Virus record (IMG/VR): IMGVR_UViG_3300027896_004848
Length of the DNA stretch: 64,000 nucleotides
Source of the DNA: an uncultured virus (IMG/VR IMGVR_UViG_3300027896_004848)
Lineage: Duplodnaviria > Heunggongvirae > Uroviricota > Caudoviricetes
Reading direction: 5' to 3' (one strand)
Shown here: piece by piece, positions 1-11,195 of the stretch
How positions within the stretch are numbered: the stretch's first letter is position 1
Layout of the letters: every line of letters begins with the position of its first letter
Notes under the pieces: generated by a model
The model's input: the letters and a program-made list of their open reading frames with translations, nothing else
The model's database searches: none
What the model was told of the DNA's origin: nothing
Position numbers and translations under genes: made by a program

Positions 1-47
1 CGATCTAGGAGGCCGTATAGTCAAGAAGGTACCGGCGGGTAAAGCCA

Positions 48-1118
48 TTAAAACAGATATCCCTGTTTTATGAAAGATAATAGAGCCTCTCTATTTTCTT
101 CCCAGTAAGTGTCAAGTTCTGAAAAAGGAGGCCACTTTCTTTCCGATAGCTCAACCGTGAAATTCATAGACTTTTGATAATAGTAAAACCAATCCTGCAT
201 ACTACCATCTACTTCATACCAAGCATACCCGTTAGTGACACCGTCTTGAAACTCCTCAGATTTAAACATCTCAGCGTTTTTTGAAGCATAGTTGTGCGCT
301 ATTTGCATTATAAGATCATTTTGTGGCGGAAGCTCAGGAACGGTATCCCATAAGGTACTTACGACCACAGCGCCTCCGTGATAGTTTAGGCCAAGTACAA
401 AGTTTTTTGACCAAACAAATTTCATTACATTTTGTGTCTCTAAAGCTCTATGCTCAGTTATATTATTAGGATCAGTTTTGAAATTTGGAAAATCTCTATT
501 TAGATCTGTACCATCAGCTGTGTATCTTGTTTGATGTGCTGTTCCATCAGGATTCATGTTTGGTAAAATCCATATCTCAAAGTCGTCTATGACTTTTGTG
601 ATGTCTGCAATTTTACCATAATTGGAAGCCAAATAATCTATCATTTTCAATAAGATTTCTTGTCCTATAATTTCATCACCGTGCATTGTAGCTATTAAAA
701 TTAACTTACGTTTTTCTTGTTCAGTTTTTGTGCTTGAGGACACTTTCATTATCCACTGTTCTCTATTTTCTTCAGTTTTACCTATAGATATAAGTGTTGT
801 AAGATTGGTATAGGTCGTTGCTAGAGTTTTGAGTTCTTGTGTAAGTCTATTATAATCATGATATCCAGCATCTCTTGTAGATAGCTTATAGTTTTTGGGG
901 TCGTCTTTTTTATACTTAAAACCTAAGGCTTTTAGGATTTTTATATCTCTTTCGTTTATATAGGCCGTTACGTAACGGTCTCCTATATCATCTATTTTTA
1001 ATGACTTAATTCTGTTTACTAGAAAAGGTATTTTATCATCGAGACACTTGATTTTTATATATTCGGTATTGGCCTGTAATGCAAAGGCAATTAAAAAAAT
1101 AAAAATAAATAGTCTCAC
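48..1118 (-). CDS. Secreted M14 zinc carboxypeptidase
   Basis: N-terminal signal peptide; HGDE zinc motif, PNMNPDG, DLNRDFP, NYHGG, C-terminal VELS catalytic Glu. Confidence 0.9.
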   Translation of the reverse strand: MRLFIFIFLIAFALQANTEYIKIKCLDDKIPFLVNRIKSLKIDDIGDRYVTAYINERDIKILKALGFKYKKDDPKNYKLSTRDAGYHDYNRLTQELKTLATTYTNLTTLISIGKTEENREQWIMKVSSSTKTEQEKRKLILIATMHGDEIIGQEILLKMIDYLASNYGKIADITKVIDDFEIWILPNMNPDGTAHQTRYTADGTDLNRDFPNFKTDPNNITEHRALETQNVMKFVWSKNFVLGLNYHGGAVVVSTLWDTVPELPPQNDLIMQIAHNYASKNAEMFKSEEFQDGVTNGYAWYEVDGSMQDWFYYYQKSMNFTVELSERKWPPFSELDTYWEENREALLSFIKQGYLF

Positions 1119-1127
1119 GGACTCCCC

Positions 1128-1283
1128 CTAATCAAAAATTTTAATTTTACCGCAATACCTGCATTGACAATAATATCTCGTCCATTTTTCGACAGCTTCT
1201 GTGTTGCAACACTGTACTTGTTTTATAATAGCGTATTTATGTGGGCATTTTATCAGTCTTAAAATTTTATATAACCATTTCAT
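1128..1283 (-). CDS. Small Cys-rich protein (51 aa, below ORF-track cutoff)
   Basis: Read manually: MKWLYKILRLIKCPHKY...CQCRYCGKIKIFD; start overlaps the upstream stop. Confidence 0.55.
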   Translation of the reverse strand: MKWLYKILRLIKCPHKYAIIKQVQCCNTEAVEKWTRYYCQCRYCGKIKIFD

Positions 1284-1957
1284 AGATCTTCCTCATCCAT
1301 ATTTATAGGCTTAGCCTTATTTTGGCAAGCTCTTTTTTTAGTTGTTGCTTTGCTTTCTCTTATTAGATTTAAGATATCATTGGAATTTACGGGCTTATAA
1401 TCCCAAGCATCTACGCAGACGTTTATATTTTTACCTTCTTTTTTAACTGTGAAATGGGTATGTCCATGTAAATGAGGAAATTTACCAAAAGCAAAATACA
1501 TTTTCCATTCTCTTTTTAGTCTTTGCCATATCTGTGTTGCGCTTCTATTTTTTGACCACATTTTTTTAGTATATGTCCAGAATAGTCTTAGTATTCTGAG
1601 TTTATTTCTACACGGATAATGGGATAGACTTACAAAGGTATCTCCTATGTTAATTATTGCGCCTTTTAATACTGCTGCAAATCCACATTCTAAATAAAAA
1701 TTCAGACTTTCTTTATCGTGGTTACCTAGTATAAGAATCTTGACTCCATGCATCATAGGTATAACAGTTTTTATTTCGCTGTTAAAGCCCACATCACCGA
1801 GCACGTATACGATATCGTTTGGCTTTACTAGTTTATTATGATTTTTTATTAAAGTTTCAGTTTGCTCCTGAGAATTTTTAAAAGGTCTATTGCAATAAAA
1901 AATAATTTTTTCATGTCCGAAATGCCAGTCCGATATAAACCAAATATCACGTCTCAT
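1280..1957 (-). CDS. Calcineurin-like metallophosphoesterase (phage type)
   Basis: SDWHFGH, LGDV, GNHD, SHYP, HGHTH motifs. Confidence 0.9.
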   Translation of the reverse strand: MRRDIWFISDWHFGHEKIIFYCNRPFKNSQEQTETLIKNHNKLVKPNDIVYVLGDVGFNSEIKTVIPMMHGVKILILGNHDKESLNFYLECGFAAVLKGAIINIGDTFVSLSHYPCRNKLRILRLFWTYTKKMWSKNRSATQIWQRLKREWKMYFAFGKFPHLHGHTHFTVKKEGKNINVCVDAWDYKPVNSNDILNLIRESKATTKKRACQNKAKPINMDEEDL

Positions 1958-2271
1958 CAGGGCCCCCTTTCTTCATCAGTGTAGATGCTTTGTTAATCTA
2001 AGTCTAATTTTCTTTCAATATCCGTTATTACTTTTCCAGTAGGATCAGTGGCGTAAGACCCCTCTAGTATAAAAGTGATAAGTTTGGGAACGGGTTTACA
2101 ATTATCTAATTCACACACTACGGTGTATTTACCAGAACTTTCTCTGGCAGCTAAAATATACATAGAGATTTCTTTTGTTTTTGTATTATATTCCTGCACA
2201 AATCCAATCATATTATTGTGCGCATCAAAGACTTTGCAACCGGTATGTATATCGGCTTTTAAAATCATATG

Positions 2272-2490
2272 TTACTCTATTTCTGCCACTATTATACCAT
2301 TATTACCAAGGCGTATTGTGGCTTCGCATTGATAATCTTTTAAAAGAGCTATCATTTCTTTTTGCATTTTCCCCTGCCCAGTGACTAGTTCTAAAGTAAT
2401 AGTACTTCTATTTAGCCTTGTTTTATCAATGATTTCAAGTACTATTTTTGTGGCTTCCGCTATTGTCAATCCGTGAAGGTCAGTTTTCAT
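2272..2490 (-). CDS. Stand-alone Smr domain protein
   Basis: DLHGLT..EA, VTGQG, GNNG pattern in 72 aa. Confidence 0.8.
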   Translation of the reverse strand: MKTDLHGLTIAEATKIVLEIIDKTRLNRSTITLELVTGQGKMQKEMIALLKDYQCEATIRLGNNGIIVAEIE

Positions 2491-3327
2491 ACGACTATAA
2501 TATCAATTTTTTAGATTTAGTTTGACTAATTTTTTGCTTTTTATAATATATAGACCAATATCAGGGGATTAAGATGAAATTAGTTATGCTATGTGATTGT
2601 TGTAGGATGGGTAGTACTCCAATTAAAGGGGAAATTTATAAAAGAGTTGTAAAGATAAATAGTCAAGGAGACTGTGCTCTTTGTGGTCATGCTGTTTTTA
2701 CAAAAAGAGTAGATAATAATTGGGAGCCTAACTGGGGACTAAGTGTGGCTAAACAAAATATGTATAAGGGGGATAAATAATGTTATATATAATGTTATCT
2801 ATTGCAGGGGGTATTTTTGGTATTAGCTGGCTGACTAAACAACTTATAAGTTGTAGTAGGGCTATAAAAATAAAAAAATGGAGGAGAAGGATAAAACTAG
2901 GACAAAATTGTTATAAAATGGGAGCAGCCAAAGAAGGTGGTATTTTCGGTACTGTGATTAAGATAGATCCAACAGAGGTGATTCTACAGACCCGTAGAGG
3001 TGCTTTTTTTAATGTGCTTATTTCTGACTTATGTCCTGTGAATATTGATCAATTAGACAAAAAGAAATTAGCGAAGATAAGATATTACCTTTCAGACTAT
3101 AATATTTAGGAGTATATTGTGCTATATCGTACAACTAAAATGGAAGATGTAGAGTTTTATGATGTGACCTGTGATATGTGTACTTATGCAGAGCAGTTTG
3201 AGTCAGAGTTTGGATTTAAAGATATCCTGCAACAGATGCAGGGTGTCGGCTGGCTATCAAAATACATAGACGGGGAATGGCAACATTACTGCGCAGAATG
3301 TAAGATTAAATTGTAAGGAGGAAGCTA

Positions 3328-3957
3328 ATGCCTACAGGATATACAGCTAGATTAGAAGAGATGGACTATGATGTAAAAAGATGGTTGAAAGAGTCTATTG
3401 TACGTAATTTTGGTGTAACAGCAGCGTTTAGAGATGAGGGCTGGAACATGACTGAAGAAGAACTTAAAATTAAATTGGGTAAAAAAGACCCTTATCATGA
3501 AGATTCTTTGAAAGAATACGAAACTGAATTAAAGACTGCACTGAACTACACAGAAGAAGACTGGCAGAAAAAATATAAAGAGGAGTCTGAGAAAGCTTTA
3601 GCGGAATATCATAAATCTCTTACAGAATATAAAGATAAAAAAGAGAAGTATATCAAAGTTCTTAAAGAACTAGAATTAATAAAACAAAAAATCATATCAG
3701 AGGATTCTGAGCTAATACACAATGTCCTTAAATTTGCCTATAACCAGTTGAAGGAAGTACTTGCATACGATTTTTCTGTAGAACCTAAGCCTCAGGATAT
3801 TGTAAAACAGACTTTAACTGAATATAAAGAGTATTGGATTGCTTTTATAATACGAGAGATCGACTACCATAAAGAGCGTATAGATGAGAAAAATGATGAT
3901 AAAAGTGATAAACTAGAGTGGTACTTGGATTTTGTAGAATTTATTAATAAGGCTTAA
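3328..3957 (+). CDS. Conserved phage coiled-coil protein (MPTGYT-start type)
   Basis: AGGAGG RBS, MPTGYTA N-terminus, charged helical body. Confidence 0.55.
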   Translation: MPTGYTARLEEMDYDVKRWLKESIVRNFGVTAAFRDEGWNMTEEELKIKLGKKDPYHEDSLKEYETELKTALNYTEEDWQKKYKEESEKALAEYHKSLTEYKDKKEKYIKVLKELELIKQKIISEDSELIHNVLKFAYNQLKEVLAYDFSVEPKPQDIVKQTLTEYKEYWIAFIIREIDYHKERIDEKNDDKSDKLEWYLDFVEFINKA

Positions 3958-4603
3958 ATGGTGATAGGAGAAAGTATGAGTGGCGGATCTTACGATTATT
4001 TTTATGGACGTATGCAGGATTGCGTAGAGGAGATAAAACATAAGCATCCTCATTCCAGACCACATTTGCAGTTCTATAAGCTTATGAAAGCTGCTGCTCA
4101 AGTATTTTATGAAATAGAGTGGGCAGATTCGGGTGACACTGGGCCAGAAGACGCTAAGAAAGCTATTAACGATTACTTAACATTTCTCAAGCAGCCTAAT
4201 TGCACAGACTGCGAGATATTAAAGGCTATTAGGGAATTAGTTAAATAAGGTTTAAATGAGAATAAGTCATAAAAAAATTAAAGATCTTATAAGTAGAAAA
4301 TGTACAGCTTGTTCTGGTAGCGGTCTTATGTTATTACGCCCGACTAAAAGATTAAAATTTAAGGGTGTGGTCGCACATAATTCTAATATTGGATTAGATT
4401 TAGAGGGTCCCTTGTAAATTTTGTAAGGGTAAAGGGTTGGTAAGTATAAAAACAAAGCTAGCTGAGATTAGTGAGAGTATTGCTTATCTGACAGCTTGTA
4501 GTAAACTAGATAGTATAGGTAAAGAAAGCCTTTTAAGAATACGGCAGAATATAAAAAAGTATAAGACTCAGAAAAAAGATCTAAAGAAGAAAAAGGGGTA
4601 GTA

Positions 4604-5131
4604 ATGGCTTTTGAATTTAAAAAATTAGATATTGAAGGTTTGATTTTAATTACACCTAAGCACTACTATGACCCTCGCGGGGTATTTTTTGAGACATATA
4701 AAAAATCAGATTTTTATGAAAACGGTATCACAGAAGAATTTGTGCAAGATAACTGTTCTTATTCGATGAAGGATGTGCTACGTGGCCTACACTATCAGAA
4801 AGACCCTAAGGCGCAATCAAAACTTGTACGTTGTATAAAAGGAACAATTTGGGATGTGGCTGTAGATTTTAGACAGGATTCTCCTACCTATAAAAAATGG
4901 GTGGGTGTAAAGCTTACGTCAGAGAATGATAAGATGCTATTTATACCAAAAGGATTCTTACACGCCTTCTGTGCTTTGACTGAGGCGACTATCCATTACA
5001 AATGTACTGAGCTTTATGATCCTTCTTTAGATGCAGGTATACGTTGGGATGATCCGTCTATAGGGATTAGGTGGCCAATACAGTACCCAATTGTGTCTGA
5101 CAAAGACAAAAACTTGCCTACAGCTCCCTAG
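4604..5131 (+). CDS. rfbC: dTDP-4-dehydrorhamnose 3,5-epimerase
   Basis: DPRGVFFE, FVQDNCSYS, LRGLHYQ, QSKLVRC, DVAVD, PKGFLHAF, S.KD motifs. Confidence 0.95.
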   Translation: MAFEFKKLDIEGLILITPKHYYDPRGVFFETYKKSDFYENGITEEFVQDNCSYSMKDVLRGLHYQKDPKAQSKLVRCIKGTIWDVAVDFRQDSPTYKKWVGVKLTSENDKMLFIPKGFLHAFCALTEATIHYKCTELYDPSLDAGIRWDDPSIGIRWPIQYPIVSDKDKNLPTAP

Positions 5132-5247
5132 CTTTCATTTTTGCTTTTTTTGAGTAACCGTTTCCAGCAGCCAGTTTTCTGACTTTTCTAATTAGCTTTC
5201 TTATCTTCTTTTCAATAGGATCAATGTCTTTAAGAGATTCCAATAAG

Positions 5248-5706
5248 TCAGCGTTTAGAAGTGCCATGTTTTTTTCCATTTTTCTTTTCCTTTTCTTCTT
5301 TCTCAAGTATGGTGACTACGCTCTCAAGTTGCTGTACTTTGTCCATTAAACTATATATTTTCTCAATTTTATTGAGGATTTGCTTGGAGCTTTCAGCGTT
5401 TTGACAATCCATAGCCAATGATTTTTTATCTAACTCAACACCTTCTATGAGCTTTTTACGATCTAACTCAGTTGCTCTGTTAGAAGATATCATGACTATA
5501 CTAGCTTGTGTACCTGCAAACCAGCTGAGAAATAGGTTCCATTTTATAAAATCAACGGTGTCTATATGTAGAATTCCTGCTAAATGGAGGCCAATCCATA
5601 GAAACATAGCACAAGTATATAATAACACAAACGTCCAAGAGGCTATCCACTTGGCTATGAAATCAGAGGCTTTATATCTGAGTGCTCTAAAAAACTTAGA
5701 TGTCAT
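5248..5706 (-). CDS. DUF1003-like membrane protein
   Basis: Two TM segments, SWTF...NLFLSWFAGTQASIVMISSNR then coiled coil. Confidence 0.65.
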   Translation of the reverse strand: MTSKFFRALRYKASDFIAKWIASWTFVLLYTCAMFLWIGLHLAGILHIDTVDFIKWNLFLSWFAGTQASIVMISSNRATELDRKKLIEGVELDKKSLAMDCQNAESSKQILNKIEKIYSLMDKVQQLESVVTILEKEEKEKKNGKKHGTSKR

Positions 5707-6232
5707 ATCAAAACAGATAAATTAATTAATAAAAAGGTAATACAGACCTATAAATAAGGGGTGAAGGCTATGAGAAAACTGAATATATATGATGATGACT
5801 ATGAAAAAAAGGATGATACAGAAGAAACAATTGTAAGATTAGAGAAGCAAAACATAATTATGAGAGAGACCTTGGAAAAGTACGCTGATGAAACAAATTG
5901 GAAAATTCATAAGAATCAGGTGAAGGGTATATGGTATTATGATGAGGATGGCTATATTCTTGCTAAGCAGGCATTAAAAGATGTAGATGGTGTAAATTGG
6001 CAAAAATAAAAATAATACTGATCAATGATTTTTTACACGAAGATAAGATATTACAATCTGTGACTTCAAAAACATTAGATTTGAAATCTATTAAAATTTT
6101 GTATGAGCAGCTTGTGAATCTTATAAATACTTTTAATAAAAATGAAAAAGAAAAAGAAAAAAATTATGTTGATAAATAGTATTCGGTCTTGTACTATTGC
6201 GGTTGGGGGAATTTTTGTCTTGGGGGTAATAC

Positions 6233-6575
6233 AATGAAAAAAAAGTGTCCAGCTTGTGAGTCTGCAGTTCTAGTAGACTGTGGCCGCGTAGGTAAAACAA
6301 AGGCCAAGGAATACCGTTGTGATGACTGCGGGGAAGTTTTTATTTTAACTGAAAAAACAACAGATAAGCTTTGTGATTGTGATGATGACTGTGTAGACAC
6401 TCTTAATGAGACTGTCGGGCTAGATGAAGAATTCGCTGAAGAAGATGAAGACGAAGATGAAGAGACTTTTTTAGAGTATGAAGATGGGCTTGATGAGGAA
6501 GAGTGTCTAGAATATGATGAAGATGAAGAAGAATCTGAAGAAGAATTAGAAGAAGACGATGAGAAGGATAATTAA
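6233..6575 (+). CDS. Zn-ribbon protein with long acidic tail
   Basis: CPAC...CDDC, C-terminal D/E tract; ATG after GGGGG RBS. Confidence 0.65.
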
Positions 6576-7135
6576 ATTAAATAGATATTCTGATTTGAAG
6601 ATTTTTTAAAGCCAGCTTCTTCAAATTGTTTATTCCACCAGCTTTTTGTGGCCTGAAACTTTCTATAAGGGTCGTTAAATTGAAAATTATCGTCTAAATA
6701 AGGAGTCCAGAGATATACTGCCTTTTTTACTATCTTTTTTAATTTCTTTAAAACAGCTATTACCTCCTGCGGGAATACGTACATAAGGGAATTAGCATAA
6801 GTTATATCAAATTTCAAGGGATGTAGATCACTTATATTTCTTAAATCTAATTGTTTACAACATTCTGGAATCACATTTTTTTTAAGAATATACTCATTGT
6901 TGTCTATTCCAAATGCTTTTATTCCAAGTTTTCTAAGATCCCTTACAAGCTCTCCACTAGCACAGCCAATATCTAGAAAAGTCTCAAAATCTAAGCCAAC
7001 ATCTACAAGTTCCTTTATAAGATATTCTGCGGGGATAGTATAAGTTTTGTAATTATCAGCATAAGAAGCACCACCATAATTATCAAAATATTTATTATCG
7101 ATCTCTATGTTGTTGTAAAGCTTAATCGGCTTCAT
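6572..7135 (-). CDS. Class I SAM-dependent methyltransferase
   Basis: LDIGCASG motif I, GID motif II. Confidence 0.85.
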   Translation of the reverse strand: MKPIKLYNNIEIDNKYFDNYGGASYADNYKTYTIPAEYLIKELVDVGLDFETFLDIGCASGELVRDLRKLGIKAFGIDNNEYILKKNVIPECCKQLDLRNISDLHPLKFDITYANSLMYVFPQEVIAVLKKLKKIVKKAVYLWTPYLDDNFQFNDPYRKFQATKSWWNKQFEEAGFKKSSNQNIYLI

Positions 7136-7436
7136 TGGTACCCTTTATGTTATTGATAAGCTTCTCTAAATTATTGACTTTATTAAGCATTTTCTTTATG
7201 TCGACTATATATAAATGATGGTGATTAAAGTGACGGACAGCTATATTTATTAAGAACAGTTGTATCACTATTACCATACCCATTTCTATAGATGCTCTGA
7301 AGTATATCCAAGGCAGTGTTAATATAAGTCCTAAAGAAAGCTGATAAAATATCATGTTATTGGACTTTTTAATTAATGGATAATTATCCACTAATAAGAT
7401 TCTATTTTTGAGTTAAGTTATATTTAGGGGAAGACT

Positions 7437-9281
7437 ATGCAAGAAATGAAATGGGTGTCAGTATTAAATGAGATTTTTAAGACATTAGAGGCTGTGAAGG
7501 TCGCTAAGGAATATAATCCTTATTCAAGGGATCCAGAAAAGGAAAGACTTAAAGATCCCGCGATGACCCAAAATGAAGAGAAAATAGTATTTCCAAAGCA
7601 GACACTTTCTGCTGATCATAAAAAATTATGGTTCCCAGACACTGTTGAGTTTTTATTAGAATTTATTAGTATCAATAGACGTCCTTTTGAGTCTTCTCAA
7701 AAAAGGTTTATAGACAACCTTGAAAAGGCTTTGACCTCTGAGGGTAAAAAATCAGGACGAGTATTTAATGATACTGTAGCTATTGCTAAATCCGGCTACC
7801 CAACAGATGCTCCTAAATACGGTATGTATGGGGTAGAAGAGTTTTTAAAAGATGCAAAAAAAGAAAAAGGCTCTTTAAAGACATTTATAGAAAATGTAGG
7901 CAAGACTTTTGAGGAAGGTGCTCTTAGAAAAATAGTACCTGCTGGCGGTTATTCCACTTTAATAAATCATCTTAATGCTGTGTCTGAAGGTATGTCTGGT
8001 TTTTTAAGTCAAATAAAGCGTATAGGCGTAAAGGCTGTATTTTTAGAAAATCTAGCTGATGTTACAGAATCTGGTGTTAAGCACACCAAACAGTACTTCT
8101 CGGAAGATATCAAATACTTACCAGCAGTAATGGCCGTTGTTTATGAAGCCTTCAGGCTTCTTACAAAAGAGTGGAAAAGATTAGACAGAAGGTTAGAGGT
8201 AGGTTTTGTAAAGGGAGCATCAGGACTTGAGAGCTTTATAGCTGATATGGAAGACTTTGCAGAGTCTTCTGGTATATCTTTGGATGTCACGTCATATGCT
8301 GCAGAGCTTGGTAAATTAAAACTTACAAATTTAGAGAAGTCTTTATTAGATTTTTATGAAGAGAGTAAGAAAAAAATAGATAAGACTGAAGAGTTTGTGG
8401 AATCAGAAAAAGGTAAGGAAAGTATCATGCAGATACAGGAATACCACAAGCACGGTCCAAAAGATGAGGAAGAGGGCGCAGAAAAGACAGATAAGCCAAA
8501 AAAGACAAAAGAAGATAAGCTAAAAGAATACTTGGATATTGTATCTGAGCTTACTCTTACCGAAAAAAAGATAGAAGACCTTAAAGAGACACATGCTCTT
8601 TTAAGGGGTCTTCGTGAAGCTGCTACTCCTTATTTAAATTTTATTAAGTCTAAAGCTGTGATGGAAGACGTAATTAAGGATATTGTAAAATCTAATAAGA
8701 TAGATAAAAAAGCACTAGATGCTCTAAAGGTATGGTTTAAGTCATTAGATCTATTGGTACATAAATCCTCAAAATTCTTTACGTTAGATTTTGGTATTCC
8801 TCAAGCTAAATTAGATAAACTAAAAGGCCTTATTGAAAATCCTGATGAGAAAGCCGTGGCTGAGGTTCTTGCTATATTAAAAGAAATAAAGCCTATAAAA
8901 ATTAATTTTGCAGATAGTGATCTTAAAGACGAGTTTGAGGAAATAAAAAGTGTAGATGACATAAAGAAGTTAAATCATCAATTGACTTTATTATCAGAGC
9001 AGCTATCTCGATTATATGACGCTGTCTTAAAACTTAGAAAAAAGATAATGCCTATCTTGGGAATAAAGCCTGGTGAATCAGCATCTGAAAAAGAAAAAGA
9101 AATCATACAGAAGCTTAGGCATTGGGTAGATTCTATTCCTAAACTAAAGATATCTATGATGATTTGTGAATATGAAGGATCTCTTTTAGGAAGATTGGAA
9201 AAAACAGCCCAAATCTGCCCAAGTAATTTGGTTAAAAACGAGCTTTTAAGTATTTGTAAAGATTTGAAAAATTTTTATTAA
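7437..9281 (+). CDS. Large helical protein, possibly virion-associated
   Basis: 614-aa ORF upstream of the tail-tube-like gene; no catalytic motifs recognised. Confidence 0.4.
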   Translation: MQEMKWVSVLNEIFKTLEAVKVAKEYNPYSRDPEKERLKDPAMTQNEEKIVFPKQTLSADHKKLWFPDTVEFLLEFISINRRPFESSQKRFIDNLEKALTSEGKKSGRVFNDTVAIAKSGYPTDAPKYGMYGVEEFLKDAKKEKGSLKTFIENVGKTFEEGALRKIVPAGGYSTLINHLNAVSEGMSGFLSQIKRIGVKAVFLENLADVTESGVKHTKQYFSEDIKYLPAVMAVVYEAFRLLTKEWKRLDRRLEVGFVKGASGLESFIADMEDFAESSGISLDVTSYAAELGKLKLTNLEKSLLDFYEESKKKIDKTEEFVESEKGKESIMQIQEYHKHGPKDEEEGAEKTDKPKKTKEDKLKEYLDIVSELTLTEKKIEDLKETHALLRGLREAATPYLNFIKSKAVMEDVIKDIVKSNKIDKKALDALKVWFKSLDLLVHKSSKFFTLDFGIPQAKLDKLKGLIENPDEKAVAEVLAILKEIKPIKINFADSDLKDEFEEIKSVDDIKKLNHQLTLLSEQLSRLYDAVLKLRKKIMPILGIKPGESASEKEKEIIQKLRHWVDSIPKLKISMMICEYEGSLLGRLEKTAQICPSNLVKNELLSICKDLKNFY

Positions 9282-9343
9282 AGGATGAGTTTTAATAAAG
9301 AACTAATTTAAAGGATATATTATCTTAGCTAAGGAGGATTTCT

Positions 9344-9994
9344 ATGGATACGAAGGGCTATATTTATCGTGAGGGCGTAGCGCCACAAACGCATACGATT
9401 ATAAGTACGAAGAATAAGATTTATGGTCAACCTGCCGGTCAAAGTGATTTTAAACAAATTGGGGTCATTGCTTCTTTTGAGCCAAGTGATAGTAGGGCTG
9501 TTGAGGCTATCTACGGTATTGGCTACGGTGACCAAGTAGCAGAGCTTATCCCAAACGTATCTGATCCTATTACCGTCAGTGTAACACGTTCGGCTTTGTA
9601 TTTGGCCTTATTGATGCAGACTTTTGGCTATAATGCTGGTGTTGATGGCTTAGTAAGAGCTTTGAAACATCATCGTTGGCCTTTTGATGTCAAACAAGAG
9701 ATTGTCTTCTCAGAACTTGATACAAAAGGTACACAAGCATCAGGAGCTGTTCAGTCAGGTAATTATAAAGCTTTATTGACTTTCTATGAGGCTTGCTGGA
9801 TGACTAGCTATAGCTGGTCTTTTGCTGCAGACACTGCTCTGGTACAAGAAAACTGTGAAATGTCTTGTTCAGATATTGTTGATGGCAAAACCAACTACCA
9901 TAACTTCTCTCAGATTGCCTTTGGGATTACCGATACTGGTAATAATCCTAATGGTGGTAAGGGCTTTTCGAGAAGATTTGCAGGAACAATCTAG
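9344..9994 (+). CDS. Tail tube-like structural protein
   Basis: AAGGAGG RBS; IGVI.SF...SR...IYGIG..AELIP, WPFD, YEACWMTSYS pattern resembling large myophage tube proteins. Confidence 0.6.
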   Translation: MDTKGYIYREGVAPQTHTIISTKNKIYGQPAGQSDFKQIGVIASFEPSDSRAVEAIYGIGYGDQVAELIPNVSDPITVSVTRSALYLALLMQTFGYNAGVDGLVRALKHHRWPFDVKQEIVFSELDTKGTQASGAVQSGNYKALLTFYEACWMTSYSWSFAADTALVQENCEMSCSDIVDGKTNYHNFSQIAFGITDTGNNPNGGKGFSRRFAGTI

Positions 9995-10008
9995 GAACGG
10001 GCTTCTAA

Positions 10009-10473
10009 ATGAATAATGTCATATTTAGGATTGCTTCTGAGCATATAGCTAAAACAGAAGTTGAGCCAGAGGTTCAACTAGAGAATCCTAATAAGAAAAA
10101 AAAGGGCCCTGATAAAATAGATGAAATTATAAAAACAGCTTTAAAAAGACACTCCTCTACTACGTTGGGTGTCTTTTTAAAGACATTAGATGTAGACAAT
10201 CTTTTACCTGCTTCTAATTATATAGTACAAGAATTGTCTAAACTTTCAACAGGTCCTAGAGATCAACTAAAGGCTTTTCTAACACCTTTTAGAACAAGAC
10301 TCATAACTACTGTACTGAATATAACCGAATCACCAGATGTGATAGCTTATATAAGATCCTTAATTCCAGAAGATACAGAAGATTGGCGAGTTGAAGGTCT
10401 TGTAAGAAATCATATTATAGAATTAAGAAAGACGTCTCAAAGATATCTTAGACGAATTCAGAATCTTCTTTAG
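10009..10473 (+). CDS. Hypothetical, putative virion protein
   Basis: Follows tube gene; N-terminal VIFRIA leader motif. Confidence 0.35.
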   Translation: MNNVIFRIASEHIAKTEVEPEVQLENPNKKKKGPDKIDEIIKTALKRHSSTTLGVFLKTLDVDNLLPASNYIVQELSKLSTGPRDQLKAFLTPFRTRLITTVLNITESPDVIAYIRSLIPEDTEDWRVEGLVRNHIIELRKTSQRYLRRIQNLL

Positions 10474-11095
10474 TTTCTTGATTAATAAAAGGTATTTCAG
10501 AAGACTCAATAAGATCAGAAGGTTCGATATAATGTTCTGGTAAGCCGTCCTCTAAGTCTGCCTGAATTACTGCTGCATTTTTAGTTTTTAAACAAGCTGA
10601 TAATAGTCCCAAGGTAAAATAAAGTTTTTGTATTAACTCATCATCTATATAGGCTATATTTTTTCTTAGTCGGGCATACAGATTTGCTAAGACTTTTAAA
10701 TCTGTCTCAGTTACGCTTATTGATTCTTTTTTACGAGTCTGCTTTTTTTTAGTCTCTTTGGGGATCTTTTTAGGTATTTCCTTAAGAATTTCTTTAGGGA
10801 TTTCCTTTTTTAAAGTAAAAACCTTGGTTTTTTTTATTTTAAGTTCGGCTCTTTTTATTGAGCGCAGTTGGTTTAAAGCAAAAGAGTCTTGTTTAGCTTT
10901 CGGTAATGTAACATAAACCGTATACGCAGCAATCCAATCTCTCACGGTATTTGGGTGTAGTGAGATAGACTCTGCAAATTTTTTTATAGTAAGATTTAGG
11001 TCTGCTTTTTTTGCCTCTAAATAAGCTTTGCCTACTAAGAGTTTTCCTTCTTTTGTAGACTTATCTGCTGTTTTTAACATTTCAATTGTTGTCAT
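10448..11095 (-). CDS. HTH DNA-binding protein
   Basis: TIKKFAESISLHPNTVRDWI helix-turn-helix; basic KEIPK repeats. Confidence 0.6.
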   Translation of the reverse strand: MTTIEMLKTADKSTKEGKLLVGKAYLEAKKADLNLTIKKFAESISLHPNTVRDWIAAYTVYVTLPKAKQDSFALNQLRSIKRAELKIKKTKVFTLKKEIPKEILKEIPKKIPKETKKKQTRKKESISVTETDLKVLANLYARLRKNIAYIDDELIQKLYFTLGLLSACLKTKNAAVIQADLEDGLPEHYIEPSDLIESSEIPFINQETKEDSEFV

Positions 11096-11195
11096 AGTAT
11101 CCTCGCTTTTTGTGCCGCAGGATTAGCATAGTGTGTCATCAAGGTCAAGCTATTTTTTATTTAAGTGTGGCTATTTGTGCCAGTATAATTTGTTT

